Below, piece by piece: positions 27,923 through 37,164 of a DNA stretch of 45,568 nucleotides. Source of the stretch: Pseudomonadota bacterium (GTDB lineage: Bacteria > Bdellovibrionota > FAC87 > UBA2466); contig JAYUGC010000195.1 of the NCBI GenBank assembly GCA_043767805.1, forward strand, positions 1 through 45,568, written 5' to 3'. The notes beneath the pieces were generated by a model. That model saw nothing but the letters and a program-made list of their open reading frames with translations. It was not told where the DNA came from and did not search any database. A program made the position numbers and the translations under genes. Each line of letters starts with the position of its first letter. The stretch's first letter is position 1.

Positions 27923-29362
27923 TCAGCGGGCGATACGAGACCAATAGGCCGTAATGAAGGCCGCGTAGCTCCACGTCAGGTCGTGAGCGCTCTGCATGAA
28001 GCCCGTGTGCCGGTTAATCTGCTCCGACATCCGACCATCCTTGGCGGTATGAAAGCCCGCGCGCGAGAGGTACTCGTCACCGCGCGACCGGAGCTTCTGC
28101 AGGATCTCCTGGAACTTGGCGTCCCGGGAAGTCAGGCTTTCGCGGCTCGTCGCCGGGACGCCGATGGATTTGAAAAAAGCCTGATTGACTCCGTTGATGT
28201 CGATCCGGCCTTTGCGCGTGAACTCCGCGGCGGCTTTGTGAAGCAACTCGCCGAAGCCCGTCGTCGTCAAAAACCACGGATTGCCTTCGACGTTGGTGGA
28301 GCCGCTGTAGCGATCTTCGGGATAACGGCCAATGGCCACTCCCGGATAGCCCTTTGAGTTCACCGGATAGATCTTCTGGAAAACTTCCTCAACTTTTTGG
28401 AAAGTCGCCAGCACTCTATCGTCGGAAGGACCGAAGAAGCCGTCGCCCACGTGCCCATGGAGCACGCCGAGAATCACGCTGCTATCGATTCCAGAGCTTT
28501 TGTAATCGATGCCGCCCGTACGGCCCAAGGTCGTGACGATGAAGTTTCCGGAGGCGTTCCAGAACTTCGGCATTTCCCGTTCCATCGCTTTTGCTTGGGT
28601 TGCGTAGAAATCTCCCGCCGCACGATCGCCCATTTTATAGGCGAGACGGGCGCCTTCGACCATCGACTTGCGCTGAACCATGCGCGTGTAGAAATGGTGG
28701 CCGTTGATCTCTTCCCAAAGATCGAAGCACGACTGTTGCCAGTTGTGGGACACGTACTCGAGATCGACTTTGATGAGTGAAGCCGACGGAAGCTTGTTGT
28801 CGTACAACAGGCGCCGCACTTCCGCTTCCTGACCTTCCGCGATCAGCTGGAAGGCGAGTTTCGTGAGCGCCACCGCGCGGAGCGCGGGACCATCGTTTTG
28901 CGGCCGGCCCCAGGGACCGTTGAAGGCGCTACCGTCGACATTGAACTTGGGCTCGCCCAAGCCGGTCAAAGTGCGCGTGAGCTGGTTGGAGCGCGTGAGA
29001 GCCAGAAAATCGGAAAGCATCGAGCTATAGAGCCGCTTGTCGGAAGTGCGCTTCGAAAAACGATAGAGATCCACAACCGTGTCCATCACGAGCGAAGCGT
29101 CGCGGATCCAGTGAAAGTAGTAGTCGGGGTTCGCACGGGAGGGCGAGGCGACGACGACGCCCTTCGCCGTTCCGGCCGGAGAAATATTGTCCAGGAGATA
29201 ACGCAAGGAGACTTCCGCCTCCTTATCCATCCATTTGGACGCGTTGCTCACTGTTGCAGCGTGTCCAACCTCCGTCCCAAATACGACCAAGAGAGTCAAA
29301 AATAGACGAGAAAGTCCCAAGTCGCGGCGCAATAAAAATCGAAAACCACGTTGTGTAGCCAT
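27923..29362 (-). CDS. Secreted glucoamylase (GH15, fungal-type)
   Basis: ASPS...PDYYFHWIRD, GLGEPKFNVDG, WGRPQNDGPALRA, DLWEE, AIGRYPEDRY, GNPWFL, SEQ, DLTWSYAA; signal peptide. Exact start uncertain. Confidence 0.95.
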   Translation of the reverse strand: MATQRGFRFLLRRDLGLSRLFLTLLVVFGTEVGHAATVSNASKWMDKEAEVSLRYLLDNISPAGTAKGVVVASPSRANPDYYFHWIRDASLVMDTVVDLYRFSKRTSDKRLYSSMLSDFLALTRSNQLTRTLTGLGEPKFNVDGSAFNGPWGRPQNDGPALRAVALTKLAFQLIAEGQEAEVRRLLYDNKLPSASLIKVDLEYVSHNWQQSCFDLWEEINGHHFYTRMVQRKSMVEGARLAYKMGDRAAGDFYATQAKAMEREMPKFWNASGNFIVTTLGRTGGIDYKSSGIDSSVILGVLHGHVGDGFFGPSDDRVLATFQKVEEVFQKIYPVNSKGYPGVAIGRYPEDRYSGSTNVEGNPWFLTTTGFGELLHKAAAEFTRKGRIDINGVNQAFFKSIGVPATSRESLTSRDAKFQEILQKLRSRGDEYLSRAGFHTAKDGRMSEQINRHTGFMQSAHDLTWSYAAFITAYWSRIAR

Positions 29363-29518
29363 AAAACCCCCAAGAATTACCAATCCCGTAATTAACGCGC
29401 ATTGCCACACGCCTCAATTATCCGCGCCGATTTTTTCGCTTGGGGGGGCGTCTTGTCAAAGCAATTGCGCGCCGGACCAAGGATGCGCTAACGCCCCCGA
29501 ACTCAAGCAGTTTTGCGC

Positions 29519-29546
29519 TAAACCCCCCGCGTTTAAATGCCGATAA
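29519..29546 (+). promoter_or_regulatory. Sigma28-like promoter of the polysaccharide locus
   Basis: TAAAC-N15-GCCGATAA, 24 nt before ATG 29571. Confidence 0.6.
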
Positions 29547-29570
29547 AGAAAGCGTAACCGCAAGGATGCG

Positions 29571-31085
29571 ATGAAAAATTCTGTGATGAACCCAATGGCA
29601 GCGCTGGATGCGCTCCGGGGAAATTTTCCTCTATTAGTTCTTTTCGCGGTTGCCGCGGTGGGAACTCTTGCGATCAGTCAGCCTAACGGCTGGATGTTTG
29701 TCGTCGCAATTATCGTCGTGGGCGCGTTCGCGTCTTCGATCACTTACGCCGCTCCCGGAACCGTCGCGCTTTTTTACTGTGTCTACTTGATGTTCGAAGG
29801 CGCGTTCAAAATCCTCACCAACTACAACATCGCGTTCCGTTTCGGCAGCGACGCTTTGCTCGGTTTCGCGTTCCTCCGTTTGATGGGCCGTCATCAACGC
29901 GAAGGAAATCCCGATCTTCACCCCGAAGTCCGGCGCCGGTTCGGAACGCTGGTCGGTTTCTTCACTCTTTTCTGGCTCTGGGTCGCCATCCAGTTCCTCA
30001 ATCCCTGGGGTCTCGGCTTCTTCCCGTCCGTCGCCGGACTCAAAGTGTACTTGATTCCGCTGCTCGTTTTCTTCGCGGTGGGCATTTTCATGCGAAACGA
30101 GGAGTTGGTGAAGATTCCGCCTCTCCTCTTGGGCATGGGCCTCTTCCAGGCCGTGGTCTCGGTCATAGATTGGTGGCAAGGACCCATGGGCTTACCCATG
30201 CTGCATCCTAAATACGCCGAGGTTCTCTGGAACTTCCTTCAGGGGTTTCCCTACCGCCCGTTCGGCACCACGAACCTTCCCGGCGCCCCCGCGCTCTGGA
30301 TGTTCCACTGCATGTCGGGAGCGCTCTTGACCCTCGCCATGCTCAAAGGAAAGACCGGGACAAAAGCGAACTGGCTGCGCGCCGCTTTCATTCTCTTCAC
30401 CCTGTTCGGGTTCGCGACGCTCATCGCCTGTCAGGTACGCGTCTCGCTGCTCAGATACATGGGCATGCTCCTCGGAGGTCTCCTAATCATCGAAAAGCGC
30501 CAAGCCATCGTGCTCGGCACGGTCTTCGTGGGCATTCTCCTCTCGGTGCTTTCGCTCTCGGAAATGTCCTATCAGGAAGCGCTCAGCAAAAAGTCCTTCG
30601 TGAAAGTCGAAGACCGCTTCCAGATCGCCATTTCGCGCCTCGCCACTTTAAAGAGCGGTACGGAATGGCAGAACGCGCGCGGCGGCTCGTGGGCCTACAA
30701 CGAGTTCTTCAACCGCGCGGATCAGACCACGGCCGGCATCGGCCTTTCCCGCGTGGGCGCCTCTTCCGCACCTTGGGCGGAGAGGATCAAAGAAGATCAG
30801 CATTTCAGCATGGACTGGGGGTTTACCGACAACCTCGCGCTCGCGCTCTTCACGGAGCTCGGGTTCGGTGGGCTCATCGGTTACGTCTGCCTCGTGCTCG
30901 CGGTACTGGCGAAGCTCGCCAAAGTCGGCACCCTCGAGTCGGGTGTCGCGCTAGTCAGCTGCTCACTGGTCTTTTTCTCGGGTTGGGGCTCGGAAGGCAT
31001 TCTCTTTCAGCCGGACGCCTCGATGTTTTGGTTGGTTGCCGCCTATGGCTTACGTAGCCCGGGGAAAGGATTAAGCGAACTATGA
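29571..31085 (+). CDS. Wzy/O-antigen ligase-like polytopic membrane protein
   Basis: About 12 TMs; RPFGT loop motif; GIG and DNLALALFTELGFGG near the C-terminus; precedes co-polymerase and GT genes. Confidence 0.75.
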   Translation: MKNSVMNPMAALDALRGNFPLLVLFAVAAVGTLAISQPNGWMFVVAIIVVGAFASSITYAAPGTVALFYCVYLMFEGAFKILTNYNIAFRFGSDALLGFAFLRLMGRHQREGNPDLHPEVRRRFGTLVGFFTLFWLWVAIQFLNPWGLGFFPSVAGLKVYLIPLLVFFAVGIFMRNEELVKIPPLLLGMGLFQAVVSVIDWWQGPMGLPMLHPKYAEVLWNFLQGFPYRPFGTTNLPGAPALWMFHCMSGALLTLAMLKGKTGTKANWLRAAFILFTLFGFATLIACQVRVSLLRYMGMLLGGLLIIEKRQAIVLGTVFVGILLSVLSLSEMSYQEALSKKSFVKVEDRFQIAISRLATLKSGTEWQNARGGSWAYNEFFNRADQTTAGIGLSRVGASSAPWAERIKEDQHFSMDWGFTDNLALALFTELGFGGLIGYVCLVLAVLAKLAKVGTLESGVALVSCSLVFFSGWGSEGILFQPDASMFWLVAAYGLRSPGKGLSEL

Positions 31086-33169
31086 CCTCCTATTCGCCAG
31101 TACGTTACCTACATCTGGTTCAGCATAGGCCGAGATTCCTCTTGATCACAGTGGGCGTGTCGACCGTCATCGCGGCCATCATCGGACTCGTGTCCCCTTA
31201 TCTATATAGTTCCACCGCCGTCATTCAGTATCAGCCGAAACCGCAAACCGGCGTGGTGATGCACGACGACGGCGCAGCCTTCCACAAAGTCACCATGCTC
31301 GTGTCGTCTTCGCAGGTCTTGGGCGAGGTGGCGAAGACCCTCGCCAACGAGCCGCTCGATCCTTATTACTACTTCCCGAAAACTATCCCGATCCTGGACA
31401 TTAAGACACGCGCAAAGCTTCTGTTGCGCCATTTGGGCTTGCAGAAACCGGATCCGACCCGCGTCAGCCTTACGCGACTGCCCATCAACGTCATCGTGAG
31501 TCTGCTTGATCGCCATTTAAAGGTACGGCCGGACAACACGGTGATGACGCTCAACGTGAGCTACGAAGCCGGCGATCCGGAAATCGCTCAGCACATCTGC
31601 GATCTCGTCAGCCAGGCCTTCATCGCGCTCAGCCTCGAGATGGAAAAGAACGAGCTGAAGCATCAGGAAAAATACATCGAGGACGCCATCGCCCGCCAAA
31701 GTGAGATGATCCACTCCGCAGAAAACGATTTGCGCTCCATCGTGGAAGAGCACCCCAGCATGGCGGCCTCCGAGGACAAGGGGTCGGGCATGACTCCCGC
31801 CGCCCAGCGCTACGTGAAAAAGCAGGAACGCCTCGAGAAGATCGACGAGGAGTTCGGCGGCAATCAGAAGCTGCTCGCCTCCATCGAGACCGAGCTCGGC
31901 GGCTCCAGCAGCTTCCAGAACGAGATTTCCGGAAACGTCGCGGCGAAAGTCACGGAAGAGCTCTCCGAGCTAGAGTTCCGCCGCATCAACTCTGTGAAGT
32001 TCGGCGGGTATACCGAGGATCATCCCTCCATCTACAAGCTCGACAAGCGAATCCAGGAATTGAAGGAAGTGCTCGCGAATCTGGGGGAAAACCGCGGCGA
32101 GACTCGGGGCACGGCCTCGAAGAAACACGGCCAGCAAGGCGACATCCGCGCCCTCTTCGCCCAAGCGACTTCGCTCAGAGAAAAGAACCGGGCGCTGAAA
32201 GCGGAGAAGGAAGTCCTTTTGCGCTCTCTCACCGAGGAAGACTCTCGCTTCCGCAAAGCGGTGAAAGTGAACTTCGAGTACGACTCCATCGGCAGAAATT
32301 TGCAGTCGAGCCAAGGCATCATGAACGAGCTATACCGCGATCTGCAAAAGATTCGCCTGGTCTTGTCCGGTATCTCGGCCTCGGCGATCATCGTGGATCC
32401 CGCGAACTTCTCGCCCCATTCCACGAACCTATCCATTCAAAAGCGAGTCTTCTTCGCCGCCTTCGTGAACCTGGCGTTCATCTTCTCGCTCCTCATTCTC
32501 TACGAAATCTTCCGCCCGACGCTGCTCGTTCCGGACGATTTGCGCTCCTTGAAGCTCGCCCATCTCGGCCAGTTCAAGCACTCGCCTCGCGGCTTCGCGG
32601 AGCTTTCCTCCTGCTTACTGTCTCTCGGTGAGCCACGGCTCTCCACCGGCACCGAAAAGACGCGCAAAAGGGTGCTGAGCCTAATGAACTTCGCGCCTAC
32701 TATCCGCCTGGATCTTTTCTCGAAGGCCCTTGCCGAAGCGGCCAAACGCGACAACCTGCGCGTGGCTCTCGTTCTCTTGGACGATCCCGATCATCCGACG
32801 GAAATTCAGTCCGACGCGGTCACCGTGCAACGGGTTTCCCGCCAGGACGCTTTGCTGAGCTTGCGGGACACGGTTTCCGCGCTCCGGGCGGGTCACGAGT
32901 TTATCCTCATCGCCGAGACGGGCCAGGTCACCGAGCCCGTCGAAGCCTTGCTCGCTCAGCTCTCCGAGCATTTCGTCTACATCACCGAGTTTGGAAAGAC
33001 GGTGCTCGCCCCGATTGCGACCGTGCGCCATTTGCCGGAGCTGAGTCGCACCGTGCGCCATCACTCGGCGGTGGTGGAGCCCATCGAAGGCTTGAATCAA
33101 AAAAAACCGTTCTGGCAGGGACCCCACTGGCCCCGCAACAAGGCAAAAGCCACGGGACGTGCGGCATGA
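31082..33169 (+). CDS. Polysaccharide co-polymerase (Wzc/GumC-like) with degenerate kinase domain
   Basis: TM, Y.S.A motif, DPE.A, long coiled coil with YTEDHP, IVDPA, second TM, then a C-terminal domain with no Walker A and no Tyr cluster. Confidence 0.85.
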   Translation: MTSYSPVRYLHLVQHRPRFLLITVGVSTVIAAIIGLVSPYLYSSTAVIQYQPKPQTGVVMHDDGAAFHKVTMLVSSSQVLGEVAKTLANEPLDPYYYFPKTIPILDIKTRAKLLLRHLGLQKPDPTRVSLTRLPINVIVSLLDRHLKVRPDNTVMTLNVSYEAGDPEIAQHICDLVSQAFIALSLEMEKNELKHQEKYIEDAIARQSEMIHSAENDLRSIVEEHPSMAASEDKGSGMTPAAQRYVKKQERLEKIDEEFGGNQKLLASIETELGGSSSFQNEISGNVAAKVTEELSELEFRRINSVKFGGYTEDHPSIYKLDKRIQELKEVLANLGENRGETRGTASKKHGQQGDIRALFAQATSLREKNRALKAEKEVLLRSLTEEDSRFRKAVKVNFEYDSIGRNLQSSQGIMNELYRDLQKIRLVLSGISASAIIVDPANFSPHSTNLSIQKRVFFAAFVNLAFIFSLLILYEIFRPTLLVPDDLRSLKLAHLGQFKHSPRGFAELSSCLLSLGEPRLSTGTEKTRKRVLSLMNFAPTIRLDLFSKALAEAAKRDNLRVALVLLDDPDHPTEIQSDAVTVQRVSRQDALLSLRDTVSALRAGHEFILIAETGQVTEPVEALLAQLSEHFVYITEFGKTVLAPIATVRHLPELSRTVRHHSAVVEPIEGLNQKKPFWQGPHWPRNKAKATGRAA

Positions 33170-34341
33170 AGCGCATCCTCCATTTGACCAAGTTCTTGCC
33201 GTCCTTCGCGGGCGGGATCGAGCGCGCGACCTCGGGGCTTGCCGACGCCGGAACGAGCACGGGCGCGGTAGTCACCATCGTCGGCGCGCAAATGGTACCG
33301 GCGGATAGCTTGCCCAAAGATTGGCTCGCCCTTCCCATCGCCTTCCGCGTGGGACCGGTGCCCGTCGTGCTCGGCTACTTCCGCTTGGCCCGCCTGTTCG
33401 ACCAGTCCGATCTCATTCACGTCCATCTGCCCAACCCGGTGGCGGAAGTGGCGCTGTTAGCCTATCTGTTGCGGCGATGCGGAAAACAAAAAGCCCAGAT
33501 CGTTCCCGTTTGGCATGCGCCCATGGCGCGATGGCCGCGGATTGGTGCTTTGTGGTCGAAAACGATCCACCGCTTGCTCTACCGTTTCAGCCATACGGTG
33601 CTCGTCGCGAGCCCTCAGCTCGCGCGCATGGGAAAGAAAATCCATGCCACCACCGCTTTCCACGTTTTGCCGTTTGTCATCCCTTCCACCGAAAAGGCCC
33701 CGAAGTTCTCAAACCTCCTCGACACCGATTCGTTCCACGTCGCCGCGGTCGGAAGGCTAGTGCCCTACAAAGGATTCAACCGCTTGCTGGAGGCGCTGTC
33801 TCGGCTCGAAGGCAACTGGCGGCTCACGCTCGTCGGCAGCGGCCCCCAGAGCGGCCCTCTCAAAAGCTTGGCCGCTCGCCTCGGCATCGCGGACCGCGTC
33901 GTCTGGCGCCAGGACGCCGACGACGCCGAAAAAGATCGGATCCTCGCCGATTGTCAGCTTTTCGTTCTGCCTTCGCAAACCCAGGCCGAGTGTTTCGGCC
34001 TGGTGGTAGGAGAGGCCTTCGCGCATGGACGGCCGGTGGTAACCACTGATTTATCCACGGGACTTGCCTTCCTCGCGCGCGAGGGGAAGTGCGGAGCCAC
34101 CATTCCGGTGGGCTCGACGGAAGCTTTAACGGCCGCCTTGGCCGAGCTGCGCGACGACGGTTTTTCGCGGCTGCGTGCGGGGCGCGCGAACTATGCGTTT
34201 TGGAAACGGGAACTCTCTCCCCACGTTTTCGAAGCCCGATATCGATCCTTTTTGGATTTCTTGGCGCACGCTCGGCTGGCCGAGGGGATGGTCCCTTCGC
34301 GTCTGAAGAAGCTCGCCACTCAGTCGAACGTCTCTGTCTAG
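33166..34341 (+). CDS. Glycosyltransferase family 4
   Basis: GGIER, DLIHVHLPNP, VGRLVPYKG, VGSGP, LPS...ECFGLVVGEA. Confidence 0.92.
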   Translation: MKRILHLTKFLPSFAGGIERATSGLADAGTSTGAVVTIVGAQMVPADSLPKDWLALPIAFRVGPVPVVLGYFRLARLFDQSDLIHVHLPNPVAEVALLAYLLRRCGKQKAQIVPVWHAPMARWPRIGALWSKTIHRLLYRFSHTVLVASPQLARMGKKIHATTAFHVLPFVIPSTEKAPKFSNLLDTDSFHVAAVGRLVPYKGFNRLLEALSRLEGNWRLTLVGSGPQSGPLKSLAARLGIADRVVWRQDADDAEKDRILADCQLFVLPSQTQAECFGLVVGEAFAHGRPVVTTDLSTGLAFLAREGKCGATIPVGSTEALTAALAELRDDGFSRLRAGRANYAFWKRELSPHVFEARYRSFLDFLAHARLAEGMVPSRLKKLATQSNVSV

Positions 34342-34351
34342 GTAGGCAAAC

Positions 34352-34975
34352 ATGACACACAAAAACATAATCTGGATGTCGCTTCTAGTTTACGGGACTC
34401 TGCTTTACGCGGAGCCGTCGGAGAGTCAGCTGGCGGGTCGCTTGGAAACTCAAGCCGAGGTGGCGGTCGGCCACACGAACTTCAACGGACCGCCGCTCTC
34501 TCGCTTTTCGATTCTCGTCTCCGAGATTGCGCAAGGCAATGCGCGATCCGCCAGTTTGGACGAAGACAAAAATACCGCCGGTACTCTCGAGTTCACCGGG
34601 GATCGCTCGGCGGCTCTAGCGGTCTCCAAGTTCCTCACGGACTCGCCGTCTTCCACTTTGACGCCTCTCGAAAACATTCTAGGGTCGCCGGCAATCTCGG
34701 AGCTAGCCGGGGTGGCCGCGGACTCCGTGCGATTACTGAGTCTCGCTCTCGATAAAGGAGCGGGTAATGCCAGTTTTATGACTCTGTCGGCGAAAGGCGC
34801 GATTCAGTCCTGGAATCAGCTAGTCAACGCGCTGATGGATCGGATGGAGCAGCTCTACAAAGAGCCGGTTCCAGACGTCAAAGAATGGGAGTCCCTCCGG
34901 AATTTCCTGATGGATCCTAAAACCCATGAGTTCAGGGGAGTACTTGCCGGCTTTGCCGAAAAGAAATCTCCTTAA
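34352..34975 (+). CDS. Secreted hypothetical protein
   Basis: 207-aa ORF with signal-like N-terminus (LLYA/E), tightly packed in the locus. Confidence 0.6.
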   Translation: MTHKNIIWMSLLVYGTLLYAEPSESQLAGRLETQAEVAVGHTNFNGPPLSRFSILVSEIAQGNARSASLDEDKNTAGTLEFTGDRSAALAVSKFLTDSPSSTLTPLENILGSPAISELAGVAADSVRLLSLALDKGAGNASFMTLSAKGAIQSWNQLVNALMDRMEQLYKEPVPDVKEWESLRNFLMDPKTHEFRGVLAGFAEKKSP

Positions 34976-35864
34976 CGTTCTGCTGCTTCTGGCGTTCGCC
35001 TTCCTAGGCGGGGCCCAGTTCGCGATAGCCGATGAGGAACGCGTACCGACGTCAGTCGGACCCTCGAATATCGAGTGGTTCCGGAAAAATCTGACGGTGG
35101 GCGATCCTGCGCTTAATTCGTTTGAGAAACGCCGGCTCAACGACGCCTTGACGGGCCTGCGGGAAAGCCGGCGTGGCAACTGGCCCGCGCCCTCTTCTTC
35201 CATCGCCTCCCCGGCAGGTTTCGGCGCGCAGTGGACGGAAGTGTTTTTTGGCGCGAGCGTACAAAACCGCCCGCGGTTCCGTAAGCAAGCCAACGGCACC
35301 GGTTACCTCGGCTTCGGCATGGGCGACCCGCGGGAGCTCGTGGGCCTCGAAGTTTCCATCGGCATCTACGGTCTGATTCCGCCCGGAGAGCGCGGCGGCA
35401 TCAACGTGAAGATGCATCGCTTGCTCGGCAATGGCATGGCTGTCGCCATCGGCCGCGATAACGTGCTCGTCTGGGGCGGCGCCGACGCGAAGCCCGCGCA
35501 TTACTTCGTGCTCTCGAAAACTTTCAATCTGCGGGAATCGGTCTTCGATCCCTTCAGCCAGCTCACTTTACACGCCGGCATTGGCGATGGCGGATACCGC
35601 TCCGAAGCGGCTGTATTCGCCGACAAGAAAACCCTCGGATGGTTCGCGTCCGCGGGGCTTCGCGTTTTGGCTCCCGTGGGAATCGTTCTCAACTGGTCCG
35701 GCCAGGATCTTTTCGCCGGCATTTCACTCACACCCTCTCACAAGTATCCCGTGTCCCTGACGTTGGCCGCCCAAGATTTGCTCCACACCGCCGGTGACGG
35801 CCGCCGCTACCTCATCAGCGTCGCGTACACCGAGTCCATCTTCAAACTCCCGCTCTTCAACTAA
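34926..35864 (+). CDS. Putative outer-membrane beta-barrel protein (weak YjbH-like resemblance)
   Basis: Signal peptide, SPAGFGA motif, alternating G/aromatic strands (GFGMGDP, VGLEVSIG, LTLHAGIG, WSGQDLFAGIS). Real start may be TTG 34944 or 34953. Confidence 0.65.
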   Translation: MSSGEYLPALPKRNLLNVLLLLAFAFLGGAQFAIADEERVPTSVGPSNIEWFRKNLTVGDPALNSFEKRRLNDALTGLRESRRGNWPAPSSSIASPAGFGAQWTEVFFGASVQNRPRFRKQANGTGYLGFGMGDPRELVGLEVSIGIYGLIPPGERGGINVKMHRLLGNGMAVAIGRDNVLVWGGADAKPAHYFVLSKTFNLRESVFDPFSQLTLHAGIGDGGYRSEAAVFADKKTLGWFASAGLRVLAPVGIVLNWSGQDLFAGISLTPSHKYPVSLTLAAQDLLHTAGDGRRYLISVAYTESIFKLPLFN

Positions 35865-35875
35865 CGCACGTCGCC

Positions 35876-35903
35876 ACAAGTTGTCTTGAGAAGATGCCGA
35901 TAA
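35876..35903 (+). promoter_or_regulatory. Sigma28-like promoter of the repeat/barrel gene
   Basis: ACAAG-N15-GCCGATAA, 7 nt before ATG 35911. Confidence 0.55.
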
Positions 35904-35910
35904 GCACCAT

Positions 35911-37164
35911 ATGGGGCTACGTCTGCTCATAACGGCTTTCTTTTGTGTTTCCACGGCTTTCGCCGCGGAAGTGCAGAATTTGAGCGAAGATCGGCTCGTA
36001 CTGATAGTCGGTCAGCCTTCGGGCGAGCCGTGGCAGCTCAATGAATCGGCGTGCGTCTTCCGCCACACTCAACGTATCGCTTGCGGCTACATCGAACAGC
36101 AGAACGAGACCGGGGGCCGAGTCGTGCTTACCTCCACCAGCGGCGTCGGCGTGCAGATGGGGGATTTCGTCGAAAGAGTGCAATTCACCTCGAATGTGTT
36201 TCGCGTCAACACCCGCGAAAAGACGCTTGCCGTCACTCACGAGGCGAACCACCACTGGGTGGAGGGCGACACCGCCTGCTTCGCGCGGGACGGCAAAATT
36301 TTTGCGTGCGGTCTGGTAAGCCATTCCGAGCCCCTCAACGCCGAAATTCACATCTACGAAACGGACGCGAAGATGGCCAAGGTGGGCGACGAAGTCCGCC
36401 GCATTGGCGGAAAAGTCGCCGTACTTACCGTCGGCAATTCGGAAGCGACGGCGGAGCAAGCGAAAGCCATGCCGTGGAAGATTGGCCAGGCTGTCGGGAT
36501 CTACAGAAACGGAGCACCCATCGCGTCGGGAAGAATTTCGGCGAGTGAGAAAATCGGCGCGCGTATCGAGCTTGGCGCCGCCTTCGACATTCCGGTGGTG
36601 GGAGACGTCGTACTCCCGCTCGGCGCGGGAACTCCCGGCGACCCCGAGCGACAAACCGCGGCGGCCACTCCCATGCCGGCCGCCGTCGTGCAAACCGAGC
36701 AGCCGGTGAAGCCACCTGGATCCATGCTTTTCTCGGTGGGCTTATTCTCCTTGGGAAGCTCCGTCCGCTTTCTGCGATTTGAAAAACGCATCGCGGAAAG
36801 ATACCGCCTCGGATCCATTAACTACGTGGTGGGAGGACACGCCTCCTCACCGACGGGTTACACGTCGGACATGAAGGGCTTCGGCTCGCTCGTGACGGGC
36901 TCCTATCAGCCTTTTGAATCTCCTTATCGCGGACTGACTTTCCTCGCGGGCCTCGGAGTGATGAGTTTGGAGACGAACGTGGCCGGAGGCCCTGAAAGAA
37001 AAACCGGACCGGCGTTTCTCTTCGGAGTCGGCTGGCGCTGGACTTGGGCGTCTGGTTTCTCTCTCGCCCTCAATGCGAACGAGGTCATGGTGCTCGCTAG
37101 CGGGGCGCCGAACCTTCCCGGCTCACTCCCGCATTTCTCCTTCGAGCTCGGCGTCCACTTCTAG
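35911..37164 (+). CDS. Secreted protein with three ~70-aa repeats and a C-terminal small beta-barrel
   Basis: Signal peptide STAFA/A; repeats W......C..R....(I/F)ACG...GD.V; Pro/Ala linker; amphipathic strands ending FELGVHF. Confidence 0.75.
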   Translation: MGLRLLITAFFCVSTAFAAEVQNLSEDRLVLIVGQPSGEPWQLNESACVFRHTQRIACGYIEQQNETGGRVVLTSTSGVGVQMGDFVERVQFTSNVFRVNTREKTLAVTHEANHHWVEGDTACFARDGKIFACGLVSHSEPLNAEIHIYETDAKMAKVGDEVRRIGGKVAVLTVGNSEATAEQAKAMPWKIGQAVGIYRNGAPIASGRISASEKIGARIELGAAFDIPVVGDVVLPLGAGTPGDPERQTAAATPMPAAVVQTEQPVKPPGSMLFSVGLFSLGSSVRFLRFEKRIAERYRLGSINYVVGGHASSPTGYTSDMKGFGSLVTGSYQPFESPYRGLTFLAGLGVMSLETNVAGGPERKTGPAFLFGVGWRWTWASGFSLALNANEVMVLASGAPNLPGSLPHFSFELGVHF

